A stretch of 64,000 nucleotides of DNA. Source: Candidatus Poribacteria bacterium (GTDB taxonomy: Bacteria; Poribacteria; WGA-4E; WGA-3G). Both the position numbers and the translations under genes were made by a program. Positions 8,484 to 18,116 of the stretch are shown piece after piece. The DNA lies in the NCBI GenBank assembly GCA_963665235.2, contig CAXXLX010000001.1, forward strand, positions 128,001 through 192,000. Reading direction: 5' to 3'. The notes below the pieces were generated by a model. That model saw only the letters and a list, made by a program, of their open reading frames with translations, did not search any database and was not told the origin of the DNA. Position 1 is the stretch's first letter. Every line of letters begins with the position of its first letter.

Positions 8484-9902
8484 TTAGTGGGCAGCGACAT
8501 CGCTTTCGCGATTTGTAGTGCGGTATCGCCCTTTGAGCGGTTGGCGCGGCGATGTCTGCCACGCGAGACTTGCCAGATAACAGAGGGTGTTTTCAAGGAG
8601 AGGTTTAGCAATGGCGGTTTTATGGGCATCCCGCGTATCCATCGCGAAACCAACATAGTAGCCATCACCCCACTGCAACTGGATACCAATCGGCCCTTTA
8701 TTATCTTCTCTGATTGCCAACTGTCGGTAAGTCGGATCATTGGTGACCCAGTGGTCATCTGTTACCAAGTTGTCGACGTTGACTTTATGGGGCCATGTAA
8801 ACATACCGGTTCTTTGTCCATCTTCGGTAATTGTCACGTTGGCATCTTCAGCCCCTACGACATCGATGGGGTGTCGCTCCACGGGGAGCCAGTCTCCCCG
8901 CCACTTCGGTTCAGGGACGTGTACACCATCAGGTGGCACAATATGGTTGTCCATTGCGGATGTCCAAACGACTCCGCCTTTTCTGACGAAATCTTTAATT
9001 TCATCATCCGCGTCTTCAACGAAATACTCCCCATCATGCCCCGTAGCAAACCATGTGAACCAGATGATGTCGTACTCGGAAAGGGTCACGCTCGAGAGTT
9101 TAACCGCGTTCTTTGGGTCGCCTCGGTTGTCTGGGTTGTCGTTAACATGGACTGTTGTATATTGAAATTCTAAACCTTCAAGCGTCGTGAGCGATTCCAA
9201 AGCGGCGGGTTCTCCTGTGAGATTATCGCCAACCACAATTAGTACGCGGAAAACACCTAACGGTACAATTTTTATGGAAGAGATGATATCCGCAAACGAT
9301 TGCGATTGTGGAAGTGACCGGAGGTTTCTAATTGCCAGCTGGAATTTGCGGGAATTCAAACTGAGATTGAGCCGTCGCCCCTCAAAATTGACATGCTCAT
9401 AACAGATGATATGACACCCGCTGAAAGGGAAACTGGGGCCTCGCTGAATTCGGATGGAGGAAATCGTATCGTTCATACCGACTTCAAACATAGAACTGAC
9501 ATCGCGCATGACGACGCTCCGCTGGCCGCTAAAATCTACATCGCGAAATATCTCTATGATGACCGGCACGGCCCCGTACTCCGGTGGAGTCGGATGCGCT
9601 GCTGGACTAAAACTGATTGCTGTTATCGCATCCCCAAAATTGTACGGTATATCGTGGATGTTTGGGTAGAACCCAGGTGCCAGAACTAACCGCCGTCCTT
9701 GATAATTCACATGCTCGTGAAAGATCGCCTTATAGTTGGGAGACGCACTGAAGCCGGGGCCCTTATAGATTTTAATAGACGAAATCACATCTTGGGCACC
9801 AATTTCGGTGGTATTCGGTATGGAATCAATGAGGGTCACTTTGCGTCCCCGAAAATTGACATGTTCGAAGACTTCAACGACTAACCTCGGCATGTTTGCC
9901 AT
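8484..9902 (-). CDS. Beta/gamma-crystallin domain protein with C-terminal alpha/beta (GATase-like) domain
   Basis: Four Greek-key motifs: FEHVNFRG..DVISSIKI, HEHVNYQG..DAITAISF, FRDVDFSG..NDTISSIRI, YEHVNFEG..DIISSIKI. Then LSEYDIIW...IKDFVRKGG. No signal peptide. Confidence 0.85.
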   Translation of the reverse strand: MANMPRLVVEVFEHVNFRGRKVTLIDSIPNTTEIGAQDVISSIKIYKGPGFSASPNYKAIFHEHVNYQGRRLVLAPGFYPNIHDIPYNFGDAITAISFSPAAHPTPPEYGAVPVIIEIFRDVDFSGQRSVVMRDVSSMFEVGMNDTISSIRIQRGPSFPFSGCHIICYEHVNFEGRRLNLSLNSRKFQLAIRNLRSLPQSQSFADIISSIKIVPLGVFRVLIVVGDNLTGEPAALESLTTLEGLEFQYTTVHVNDNPDNRGDPKNAVKLSSVTLSEYDIIWFTWFATGHDGEYFVEDADDEIKDFVRKGGVVWTSAMDNHIVPPDGVHVPEPKWRGDWLPVERHPIDVVGAEDANVTITEDGQRTGMFTWPHKVNVDNLVTDDHWVTNDPTYRQLAIREDNKGPIGIQLQWGDGYYVGFAMDTRDAHKTAIAKPLLENTLCYLASLAWQTSPRQPLKGRYRTTNRESDVAAH

Positions 9903-9947
9903 GTTCTTATCCGCCCTTCGACGCTAGTTATTTATATTATTTGTTAC

Positions 9948-10024
9948 ATTATACCATTGAAAAATTGGTTTGTCAAGGAAAAAATTAATTTTTAATTGAC
10001 ACAGGAGCGATTTTGTTGTAAAAT
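9948..10024. promoter_or_regulatory. Back-to-back sigma70-type promoters (crystallin/flotillin and sppA)
   Basis: Minus strand TTGACA(9976-9971)-17-TATAAT(9953-9948). Plus strand TTGACA(9996-10001)-17-TAAAAT(10019-10024). Confidence 0.8.
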
Positions 10025-10083
10025 AGTTAGAAAATAGCGTTTAAGGGCAATTTAATAGAGCACGCCCACAAGGAGGAGAAGAA

Positions 10084-11895
10084 ATGAAACATCTACAAAT
10101 TTTTGTGCAGAGAATCGCATCGGTGCTTATCCTGCTTATCTTTGCAGCACCGGTTTTTGCGGTGGAACCCCCCGAAGAGATGCCCCCACCTAAAAAATAT
10201 GTGGAGTTCACACTGAGCGGCACCTTCACCGATACCAAAACGATGGGCTTTTTTGGCCCCTCTTCAAAAACAGTGCGGGGGCTCCTTAAAAAATTGGACG
10301 CACTCAAAAACGATGATGAGGTGGCAGGCGTTATCTTCAAAATCGAGAGTATTGGCTTAGGCTGGGCGAAACTGCAAGAAATTCGAACTAAACTAGCCGA
10401 GCTACAGAATTCCAAAAAAAAGATGATTGCTTATATTGAAAGCGGTGGGAATGCCGAATATCTGCTCGCCACCGCAATGGACCACATCGTACTGATGCCT
10501 ACCGGAGGTCTTAACTTGACCGGATTGCGTGCGGAAATCCTCTTCTTCAAAGGACTTTTAGAAAAATTAGACGTTCAAGCCAATCTGCTTGCAATGGGAA
10601 AATATAAGTCTGGAATCGAACCTTACACCCGCGATAGCATGTCTAAGTCCTTCCGGGAATCTATGACCGGCTTGCTTGATGAACTCTACGCCCAAATGCG
10701 GACTAAAATTGCGGATGGCAGGGAGGGAATCACCCCGGAGACCGCTGCTGCCCTCATAGACCGAGGGCCGTTCACTGCCGAAGAAGCACTCCAAGCCAAA
10801 CTCGTAGACCGGTTGCAATACTACGATGAACTGATAGACGCACTCAAAAATGCCCCCGAGGGAAAAATACAGATTGCCAAACCGGGCGACAGAAAGAAGC
10901 GACGCGTACCGGATATGAACAGCTTCGCTGGGCTTTTGCAGCTGTTTAGTATGTTGAACCCACCGCAGCGTGCCCAAGCACGGGGGTCGGACACACAGCT
11001 CGCGCTTATCTATGCGAACGGGCCCATTGTACCTAGTGTCGACCCGTTCTTGGCATCTATGCCGGTAGTGACACCTACAGTACTTAAAAGTGCTTTTCAA
11101 AGAGCACGCGCCGACAATACCGTTAAGGCGGTCGTGCTACGGGTAGATAGTCCTGGGGGTTCTGCGCTCGCCTCCGACCTTATCTGGCGTGAGGTAATGC
11201 TGACACAACGTGAAAAACCGGTCGTCGTCTCAATGGGGGACGTTGCGGCCTCTGGCGGGTACTATATCTCTATGGCAGCCGGAACAATTGTCGCACAACC
11301 CGGCACCCTCACAGGCTCAATCGGCGTCCTCGGTGGTAAACTGAACCTCAAAGGGCTCTATAATAAGGTCGGTTTGACAAAGGAAATTATCAGATACGGA
11401 CAAAATTCCACGCTTTATTCAGATTACGGCAGCTTTACAGAGACAGAACGGGAACGCGTCGAAAAGATGATGAAAACCGTTTATCAAACTTTTGTCAGCA
11501 AAGCAGCAGAGGGACGTAGGAAGACCTTCGAGGACATAGATGAAATTGCACAGGGCCGTGTCTGGACAGGAAAAGAGGCAAAGGCACTCGGGCTCGTTGA
11601 TGAACTCGGTGGACTTGATACCGCCCTCGCTATTGCAAAGCAAAAGGCAGGCTTTACCGAGGAGGATAAACTTAACATCATCGTGCTGCCTAAACAGAAA
11701 ACCTTTTTTGAGCAACTGCTAGAAACCATGATTGAAGAGGAAGAAATCACCACGCCGTTCCCGTTACACCTGGCACAACAGCATCCCGCGCTGCTTGCGC
11801 TTGGAACACAGTGGCATCAGATTTTCACCTGGGCACGCTTGTTCGAAAAGGAACAGGTGCTCACAGTTTTGCCTTTTGACATTTTAATTCGGTGA
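10084..11895 (+). CDS. sppA: Signal peptide peptidase SppA (protease IV, 67K type)
   Basis: Tandem S49 domains: GKYKSG, RVDSPGGSALASD, SMGDVAASGGYYI, TGSIGV, AQGRVWTG...LGLVDELGG. Confidence 0.95.
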   Translation: MKHLQIFVQRIASVLILLIFAAPVFAVEPPEEMPPPKKYVEFTLSGTFTDTKTMGFFGPSSKTVRGLLKKLDALKNDDEVAGVIFKIESIGLGWAKLQEIRTKLAELQNSKKKMIAYIESGGNAEYLLATAMDHIVLMPTGGLNLTGLRAEILFFKGLLEKLDVQANLLAMGKYKSGIEPYTRDSMSKSFRESMTGLLDELYAQMRTKIADGREGITPETAAALIDRGPFTAEEALQAKLVDRLQYYDELIDALKNAPEGKIQIAKPGDRKKRRVPDMNSFAGLLQLFSMLNPPQRAQARGSDTQLALIYANGPIVPSVDPFLASMPVVTPTVLKSAFQRARADNTVKAVVLRVDSPGGSALASDLIWREVMLTQREKPVVVSMGDVAASGGYYISMAAGTIVAQPGTLTGSIGVLGGKLNLKGLYNKVGLTKEIIRYGQNSTLYSDYGSFTETERERVEKMMKTVYQTFVSKAAEGRRKTFEDIDEIAQGRVWTGKEAKALGLVDELGGLDTALAIAKQKAGFTEEDKLNIIVLPKQKTFFEQLLETMIEEEEITTPFPLHLAQQHPALLALGTQWHQIFTWARLFEKEQVLTVLPFDILIR

Positions 11896-11899
11896 ATTT

Positions 11900-12703
11900 A
11901 TGCAAGCTAACAATAACTTTCACGTTGACGTAAGTGACGAAGAGGTCGCTTTTTTCCAATCAAACGGATACCTGAGCATTCCATGCATCACAACAGCGGA
12001 TGAGGTAGAATGGCTTAAGGGCATTTACGATGAACTTTTCACGGAACGCACAGGAGAGGCACAGGGCCGCTACTTCGATTTGGCAGGCCCCCGCGCCCAC
12101 ACGGGACGTGAAACGTTACCACAAGTGCTGGGCCCGGAGGCACAATTTCCGGAACTGCGAGAGTCTATCTATTTTCAAAACGCGAGACGACTCGCTGCAA
12201 AATTGCTGGACGTAGACATTGAAAAGGTCAACGGGGGTGGGCACATGATTTTAAAGCCGGCACTTTACGGAAATGAAACGCCGTGGCACCAAGATGAAGC
12301 GTATTGGAATCCATCAGTGCTTCCACACAGCTTGAGCGTTTGGCTACCGCTTGACACGGCGACAATTGAAAGTGGATGTCTCCACTTTATTCCGAAATCT
12401 CATAAAGGTGAAGTGCGGTGGCATCGCCATATCAACAATGACCCGCTCGTTCACGGATTAGTGACCGACGATGTTGACCCTTCGGAGGCAGTCGCCTGCC
12501 CGATAGCGGCTGGCGGTGCAACGTTTCATCACTGTCGTACCCTACACTATTCTGCCCCGAATAGTACACCGAAAGCGCGTAGAGCCTATATCCTCGTCTT
12601 CAGCGGCCCCCACCAAAAGTTGGACGCACCGGAGCCTCGACCGTGGCAAACAGAGGAGCAGGAGGCACTTGCTAAACTTAAATCCCTCACTGCAGAGCGG
12701 TAA
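11900..12703 (+). CDS. Phytanoyl-CoA dioxygenase (PhyH) family protein
   Basis: TPWHQDEAYW (HxD), SVWLPLD, GCLHFIPKSH, FHHCRTLHYS, NSTPKARR. Confidence 0.92.
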   Translation: MQANNNFHVDVSDEEVAFFQSNGYLSIPCITTADEVEWLKGIYDELFTERTGEAQGRYFDLAGPRAHTGRETLPQVLGPEAQFPELRESIYFQNARRLAAKLLDVDIEKVNGGGHMILKPALYGNETPWHQDEAYWNPSVLPHSLSVWLPLDTATIESGCLHFIPKSHKGEVRWHRHINNDPLVHGLVTDDVDPSEAVACPIAAGGATFHHCRTLHYSAPNSTPKARRAYILVFSGPHQKLDAPEPRPWQTEEQEALAKLKSLTAER

Positions 12704-12715
12704 TGGTTTTTTAGG

Positions 12716-12852
12716 ATGGAAGCGTGGAAGCGTGGAAGCGTGGATTTCGCGTCTTTTTGTCTGAATCGCGGAAGGCGCGGAGAACACAGAGAACGCGGAA
12801 AAAGAGGGGTTTTGATAACATCTACACATTTTTTGTCTGAATCGCGGATTAT
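12716..12852 (+). repeat. Copy of the composite dispersed repeat
   Basis: GGAAGCGT x3, GTCTGAATCGCGG, 9-mers, GAAAAAGAGG...ACATCTACACATTTTTTGTCTGAATCGCGG, as at 1560-1752. Confidence 0.8.
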
Positions 12853-12892
12853 CCTGATTGCTGATAGTCATTCTGAGGGAGGGAGTGAAGCT

Positions 12893-13936
12893 ATGAATAT
12901 TATTTGTACGGGTATTAGCTGCTCCGGCCGGAAGGAGCTGATGGAAGATTTTGAAGTGCTTTGTGCTAAAAAAGGACTAAACATCGGCTTCTTCAACGTT
13001 GGCGATTTTATGCACCGCGCCGCCGCAGAATCCCATGTTCATTTTACAGAGAAGGTGCTGGATTCCGAGCCAGCCGTTTTATCGCTAGCACGGCGCGCTG
13101 CTTTTTATGAAATTGCCCAACGCGCGGAAGCTTATGAGCATGCTGTCATCGGCCTCCACGCCTGTTTCCGCTGGCGAGGAAGTCTCATCGAAGGGTGTTC
13201 CTTCAGAGATATAGCAATCCTTCCGCCGGACCTGTTTATCAACGTGGTTGACAATATCGCGGACATTTACGGACGGATGGAGGAAAGCACGCAATGGGCT
13301 GGAATGGGAAAAGCAGCACTTAACGTCTGGCTTGACGAGGAGGAGTTTATCACTAGACAACTTGCAAATCTCGTTGATAAGCCGTATTACACGGTGGCAC
13401 GGCAGCATAACCTTGAGAATTTTTATGAACTGCTTTTCTCCGATAAGCCGAAATTTTATCTCAGTTATCCGATTACGCTTCTACAAGAAACCCCGGCGGA
13501 AATTGAGAAAATCCGTAAACTCGGTGAGAAGCTGAACGAGAATTTTATTGTCTTCGACCCGCTGGCGATTAAGGATATGGAACTGGTTACCTTCTCCCAG
13601 GAAGGGCCTGAAGATGACACGGTGCATGTACCTGCAACGATGAGTGAATTGGACGATGATGTAATTGAACAGATTAAAACGCGAACTGTTTCGCGAGATT
13701 ACCAGTTTGTCCACCAAAGCGATTTTGTCGTTGTGCTTTACCCGACAGATAAATTGTCGCCCGGTGTTCTGAGTGAGATGAATTACGCCTCCCGCCATAA
13801 TAAACCAGTATACGCGGTTTACACCGGCGTTCGGAGCATCTTCTTTGAAAAATTGTGTGAACGGATTTTTGATACATTTGAAGAATTGGAAGACTTCTTG
13901 AAAATAACGTACAACGTACAACGTTTAAAAACATGA
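12893..13936 (+). CDS. Fusion of an archaeal adenylate-kinase-like P-loop domain and a nucleoside 2-deoxyribosyltransferase-like domain
   Basis: Start ATG 12893 after GGAG. N-terminal ICTGISCSGRK, VGDFM, LHACFRW. C-terminal FYLSYPIT, FIVFDP, SRDYQFVHQSDFVVV, SPGVLSEMNYA..NKPVYAV. Confidence 0.7.
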   Translation: MNIICTGISCSGRKELMEDFEVLCAKKGLNIGFFNVGDFMHRAAAESHVHFTEKVLDSEPAVLSLARRAAFYEIAQRAEAYEHAVIGLHACFRWRGSLIEGCSFRDIAILPPDLFINVVDNIADIYGRMEESTQWAGMGKAALNVWLDEEEFITRQLANLVDKPYYTVARQHNLENFYELLFSDKPKFYLSYPITLLQETPAEIEKIRKLGEKLNENFIVFDPLAIKDMELVTFSQEGPEDDTVHVPATMSELDDDVIEQIKTRTVSRDYQFVHQSDFVVVLYPTDKLSPGVLSEMNYASRHNKPVYAVYTGVRSIFFEKLCERIFDTFEELEDFLKITYNVQRLKT

Positions 13937-14871
13937 AAATTGCCATCCTCTCCCGTGGACCCCAAAACTATTCAACCCGCAGCCTCGTTGAAGCGACTAT
14001 AGAGGCAGGACACACCCCGGCAGTTCTAGACCCGTTCGGGTTCTACCTTCATATCGGCGGTACCGGGAGCCGTATCATGTATCATGGAAAGCCAGCAGAG
14101 GATTTTGATGTTGTGTTGCCGCGGCTGAGCGGTGCGACAGCGAGGTACGGCAGCGAGGTTATCTCACACTTTGAATGGCTGGGTATTCCTGTGGTTAATG
14201 GTGCGGAGGCGATAGCAGCGGCACGCCACAAATTCCGTTCTCTGCGGATTCTTGCTCAACACGGTTTACCTATTCCACCAAGCATCACTGTCGGTTCCGC
14301 CACGTTTTTAGAAGAAACGGTGGATAGTATAGGAGACTACCCGTTTATTTTAAAACCGTTTCACGGCACACACGGCAAAGGCGTTATGCTTTTAGATACA
14401 CCCACGTCCCTGACTTCAACCGTGGACGCGCTGTGCGAACTCCGTCAAGACTATATAATTCAACCCTTTGTTGCGGAGGCATCCGGTGTTGATATCCGTG
14501 TGTTTGTGGTTGGCGAAGACGCAGTTGCTTCAATGAAAAGAAATGCTCCCCCCGGCGAGTTTCGAGCGAATATCCACCGAGGCGGGAACGGTGAAACGGT
14601 AACGCTTCCGGACAGCTATATCCGCCTTGCTATTGAAGCGACGGCAGCGATGAAATTAGAGATAGCTGGGGTCGATTTACTACAAACATCGAAGGGGCCG
14701 GTTATCTTAGAGGTGAACCCCTCGCCTGGGTTCGAGGAATTGGAATTGGTGAGCGGGGTTCGGATTGCGGATGCGATTATTGAATTTGCTACGACATTTG
14801 CGCGAAACCGCTGTGCGCGGAACGGAAAAGGAAAAGATAACCTATGGATGAACCCCGAAGAAAAATCTTGA
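13933..14871 (+). CDS. rimK: RimK-family ATP-grasp alpha-L-glutamate ligase
   Basis: MKIAILSR...YSTRSL, DIRVFVVG, EFRANIHRGG, AGVDLL, LEVNPSPGFE. ATGA overlap with the upstream gene. Confidence 0.88.
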   Translation: MKIAILSRGPQNYSTRSLVEATIEAGHTPAVLDPFGFYLHIGGTGSRIMYHGKPAEDFDVVLPRLSGATARYGSEVISHFEWLGIPVVNGAEAIAAARHKFRSLRILAQHGLPIPPSITVGSATFLEETVDSIGDYPFILKPFHGTHGKGVMLLDTPTSLTSTVDALCELRQDYIIQPFVAEASGVDIRVFVVGEDAVASMKRNAPPGEFRANIHRGGNGETVTLPDSYIRLAIEATAAMKLEIAGVDLLQTSKGPVILEVNPSPGFEELELVSGVRIADAIIEFATTFARNRCARNGKGKDNLWMNPEEKS

Positions 14872-16010
14872 TGTTCAATCACGAATTTCCACCGATTGGA
14901 GGCGGCGGCGGTTGGGTGAGCTATTTTTTGGGAAAACACTTCGCAGCAGCCGGACACGATGTGCATCTGATTACCTCCCAATTTCAGGATTGCCCAGCAC
15001 GGGAAGAGGTGGCAGGTTTTCAGGTGCATCGGGTGCATGCCCTACGAAAAAATCCGAATGTCTGTGCTGTTCACGAAATGTTGACATATACGGTCAGTTC
15101 TAGCCTATATGGGTTGAAATTTGCGAAACAATTTAAACCGGATATTGTTCAGGTCTTTTTCGGTATTCCTGCGGGAGGCGGGGGTTATGTTTTACAGAAA
15201 TTCCGAAAGGTACCGTACGTAGTGTTTCTGGGGGGACGAGATGTACCACGCTCTAATCCTGACCCGCCCTATTATCGGTGGCTCTATCTACTACTGAAGC
15301 CGATGATTCGCGGAATCTGGGGCAACGCTGCAAGGAATGTCGCATGCAGCGACGACTTACGTGAGCTTGCGCGTGAAACGGATGCCGATGTGAAAATAGA
15401 TGTAATTCCTGATGGTGTAGACCTGGAAACGTTTGCACCGACACCTCGCGAGGCAACTCCGAAGACAGTCCGGGTGCTGACGATTGGGCGGCTCATTCCA
15501 CGCAAGGGGTTCCAATTTCTCATTCGCGCGCTTCCGCAAATTGTTGAAAGTGCTACCCACAACTTTGAAATTGAAATTGTCGGTGATGGCCCCTATCGCG
15601 GAGAATTGCTGAAAATAGCAGAAGACCTCGGTGTCGCTTCCTATATACATTTCGCAGGCGCAGTGCCGTATCTGGAACTGCCAGAAAAATATAGAAACGC
15701 GGATATTTTTATACTCCCTTCATTGGCGGAGGGGATGCCGCTTGTCGTCTTGGAAGCAATGGGCACAGGTTTACCGATTGTTGCTAGTCGCTTTCAAGGC
15801 ATTGATGAACTCGTTGCGGATGGCACTAACGGAGCACTGTTCGACACCGGCGATGTAGCGGGGCTCGCGCGATGCCTACTCAAGTTGATTAACGCGGGTG
15901 AGCAGCGCATCCAGATGGGAAAGGCTAGCATTGAACGGGTGAAACCTTACGATTGGAAACACATCGCGGAGGCTTATCTCACGCTCTATGGGGATATTCT
16001 AAAGGCGTAA
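14844..16010 (+). CDS. Glycosyltransferase family 4
   Basis: EFPPIGGGG, IGRLIPRKG, PSLAEGMPLVVLEAMGTGLPIV. Confidence 0.92.
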   Translation: MDEPRRKILMFNHEFPPIGGGGGWVSYFLGKHFAAAGHDVHLITSQFQDCPAREEVAGFQVHRVHALRKNPNVCAVHEMLTYTVSSSLYGLKFAKQFKPDIVQVFFGIPAGGGGYVLQKFRKVPYVVFLGGRDVPRSNPDPPYYRWLYLLLKPMIRGIWGNAARNVACSDDLRELARETDADVKIDVIPDGVDLETFAPTPREATPKTVRVLTIGRLIPRKGFQFLIRALPQIVESATHNFEIEIVGDGPYRGELLKIAEDLGVASYIHFAGAVPYLELPEKYRNADIFILPSLAEGMPLVVLEAMGTGLPIVASRFQGIDELVADGTNGALFDTGDVAGLARCLLKLINAGEQRIQMGKASIERVKPYDWKHIAEAYLTLYGDILKA

Positions 16011-16061
16011 TACAGATTCGTAGATAATGGAGAGAAACCTGACAAAGGAGAAATAGGAAAT

Positions 16062-17513
16062 ATGCTTCCAATTAAAATTCTTGCTATCGGTGCGGGCGGT
16101 TTGCAACGCGCCTTAACTCACGAATTTGTTCATATTCTCAATCAACGGAATCTTTATAACGGCGGCATCTTTGTCGGGCAACCACGAGGGACCGAAAAAG
16201 CTGATGCCTTCAATCAACAGAATGGCGTATACCACGTTGTCACGTTTGACCTGGGCGGCGTTCAGGACATTCAACAGGTAGCAAGCGTTGTCGGCGCAAC
16301 TACGCTCACCACGGAGGCGGGCCGTGAAAAATTTTATGCACAGACTCAAAATCCGCTGGATCTTGTCCTTATCGGTGTAACAGAAGCGGGAATTGCTAAA
16401 GGTGAAGTGGCGATGGATGTGCTAGATGAAACCCTTTATCGCTATTTCCGCCATCACGGTGCGGATGCAACGCTCTGTGTTATCAATACGGATAATCTCC
16501 GCAATAACGGGGATGTTATCCGTGAGATGCTCTGCAACGCCTATCCGAGACGCAGCGATGGATATGCGGCGTGGCTGGAAACGAAGGTTGGGTTTCTCAA
16601 CGAAATGGGGGACCGACTTGTGCCGCAAGTCTACGCTGTACCTGAGGAGATTAAGGCGGCAGCCCAAGCACAGATTGAAGGTTCAGATGAATTGATTACT
16701 TACGCGGAGAAGTTGCCCGCAACACCGCTTATCTTAGAGGACCTTGACGACATGCTGCGCGTGCCTTTCGGTGAACTTCAGGATTACGGCGTTATTGTCA
16801 AACAGGAGAGCATTGAATCGTATCACGATTGGAAATTGCTCCTCGTCAATTCTGTTCACGTGCCGGGGATTACGCACAAGGGGATGCTCTCTGGTATTGA
16901 ATACGTTAACGAAGCGGCGGCACACCCGACGTTCGCACCACATCTGGAACGCCTGATGACCGGATACGCTGAAATTGTGGAGGCAGATATCCCAATAGCG
17001 AGGAAAAGTGCGCGGGCATACACGTTGGAATTTATAGACAGAATCCGCCGTGTCAAAGATGACAACGCCCGGATTAATATCATTGAAACGGTCAAACTCC
17101 GGGAACGCGCTGCTGATATCGTCCGCTCCCCTAACTATGCAGCAAGCACAGAGCTTTTCAAATCTGATTTTGCCTATTCCTTCGCAACGGTACTCCGATT
17201 TTTGACACCGCACACAATGCCTACCCCTGACGACTATCGAGGTATTACCGATACTAACGTGGAATACGAAATCCGAGACCCTAACCGCACAATACAGAAC
17301 GTGTTGAACGGGGCATTTGGGGCAAATGTAACGGATGTGGAAAACCGACTCGCGACTATTTTCTCGGACGCAACGTTATGGGCACCCCACGGCACGACAT
17401 CGGATAAAACCTTGAGTCAGAATGGAGATTTCAGCAGACGTGTTGCACAATATTATCATCAGTTGGTGAACGGGAAGACGTGTCTTGATGTTTTGGAAAC
17501 AATTAACCAATAG
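16062..17513 (+). CDS. Mannitol/altronate dehydrogenase-like (UxaB-type) long-chain oxidoreductase, divergent
   Basis: ILAIGAGGLQRA, GVTEAGI, TDNLRNNGD, FLNEMGDRLVP, WKLLLVNSVH. Confidence 0.7.
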   Translation: MLPIKILAIGAGGLQRALTHEFVHILNQRNLYNGGIFVGQPRGTEKADAFNQQNGVYHVVTFDLGGVQDIQQVASVVGATTLTTEAGREKFYAQTQNPLDLVLIGVTEAGIAKGEVAMDVLDETLYRYFRHHGADATLCVINTDNLRNNGDVIREMLCNAYPRRSDGYAAWLETKVGFLNEMGDRLVPQVYAVPEEIKAAAQAQIEGSDELITYAEKLPATPLILEDLDDMLRVPFGELQDYGVIVKQESIESYHDWKLLLVNSVHVPGITHKGMLSGIEYVNEAAAHPTFAPHLERLMTGYAEIVEADIPIARKSARAYTLEFIDRIRRVKDDNARINIIETVKLRERAADIVRSPNYAASTELFKSDFAYSFATVLRFLTPHTMPTPDDYRGITDTNVEYEIRDPNRTIQNVLNGAFGANVTDVENRLATIFSDATLWAPHGTTSDKTLSQNGDFSRRVAQYYHQLVNGKTCLDVLETINQ

Positions 17514-17558
17514 GTGACATGATGTATACCCCCATTTAGCGTTTAGGCAGCTCCCACC

Positions 17559-17608
17559 GTTTGTAGGTGACGAAGGTTCTCCATACGCGCATTCGGTGCC
17601 TACAAACG
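17559..17608. repeat. Inverted GTAG pair / hairpin after the operon
   Basis: CGTTTGTAGGTGACGAA...TTCGGTGCCTACAAACG. Confidence 0.5.
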
Positions 17609-17876
17609 CCACACTCCCACACAGTGGCTGTAAATCTACCCCGATTCCGTAAAATAAACCTCACCCTTCAAAACACAATACCCTTAATCACAAAACCCTG
17701 AGTGTTACACACCTGATAATCCGCTTTCATCCGTAAAGTGGACAGTTTATCATCGCTTCAGATAATTTTCGCCTTCCATCCTTCCACGCCCCCTTTGGTT
17801 CTCTAAAATATTTATCCTCCTTTTCTTTTATATTGAAACATCCGAATTTAACTTTTCAACGCACATTGAAATTTTT

Positions 17877-17985
17877 TGTAACCTTTTTACCTGATTTCTT
17901 AACTTGCTATGTAGACACATAAAATGTGCAAAATTGGGAATGGTAAAAAGATGTAACCTTTTTACCCGATTTCTTAACTTGCTAT
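17877..17985 (+). promoter_or_regulatory. Duplicated 34-bp putative ECF-sigma promoter
   Basis: TGTAACCTTTTTACC(T/C)GATTTCTTAACTTGCTAT at 17877 and 17952 (33/34 identical), upstream of an ECF sigma gene. GTAAC resembles ECF -35 elements. Confidence 0.6.
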
Positions 17986-18116
17986 ATGATGAACGCATAG
18001 AACACATCTATCTATGCATTTCATGTGAGCATTAGTTCAATTGGGAGCAAAAGATATATCTTGTTTTCCAATTTTTACTCATAATTTGTTCTATATAGTC
18101 CAAGAATGATAAATCG

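Noticed and set aside
7022-9173. Long antisense ORFs (299 aa and 236 aa) and similar shadows over groEL and the Mo enzyme
   Set aside because: They lie fully opposite well-supported genes and carry no motifs. They are codon-bias shadows.
12716-12892. 59-aa N-terminal extension of the kinase/NDT fusion
   Set aside because: It is read through repeat DNA. The RBS and P-loop position support ATG 12893.
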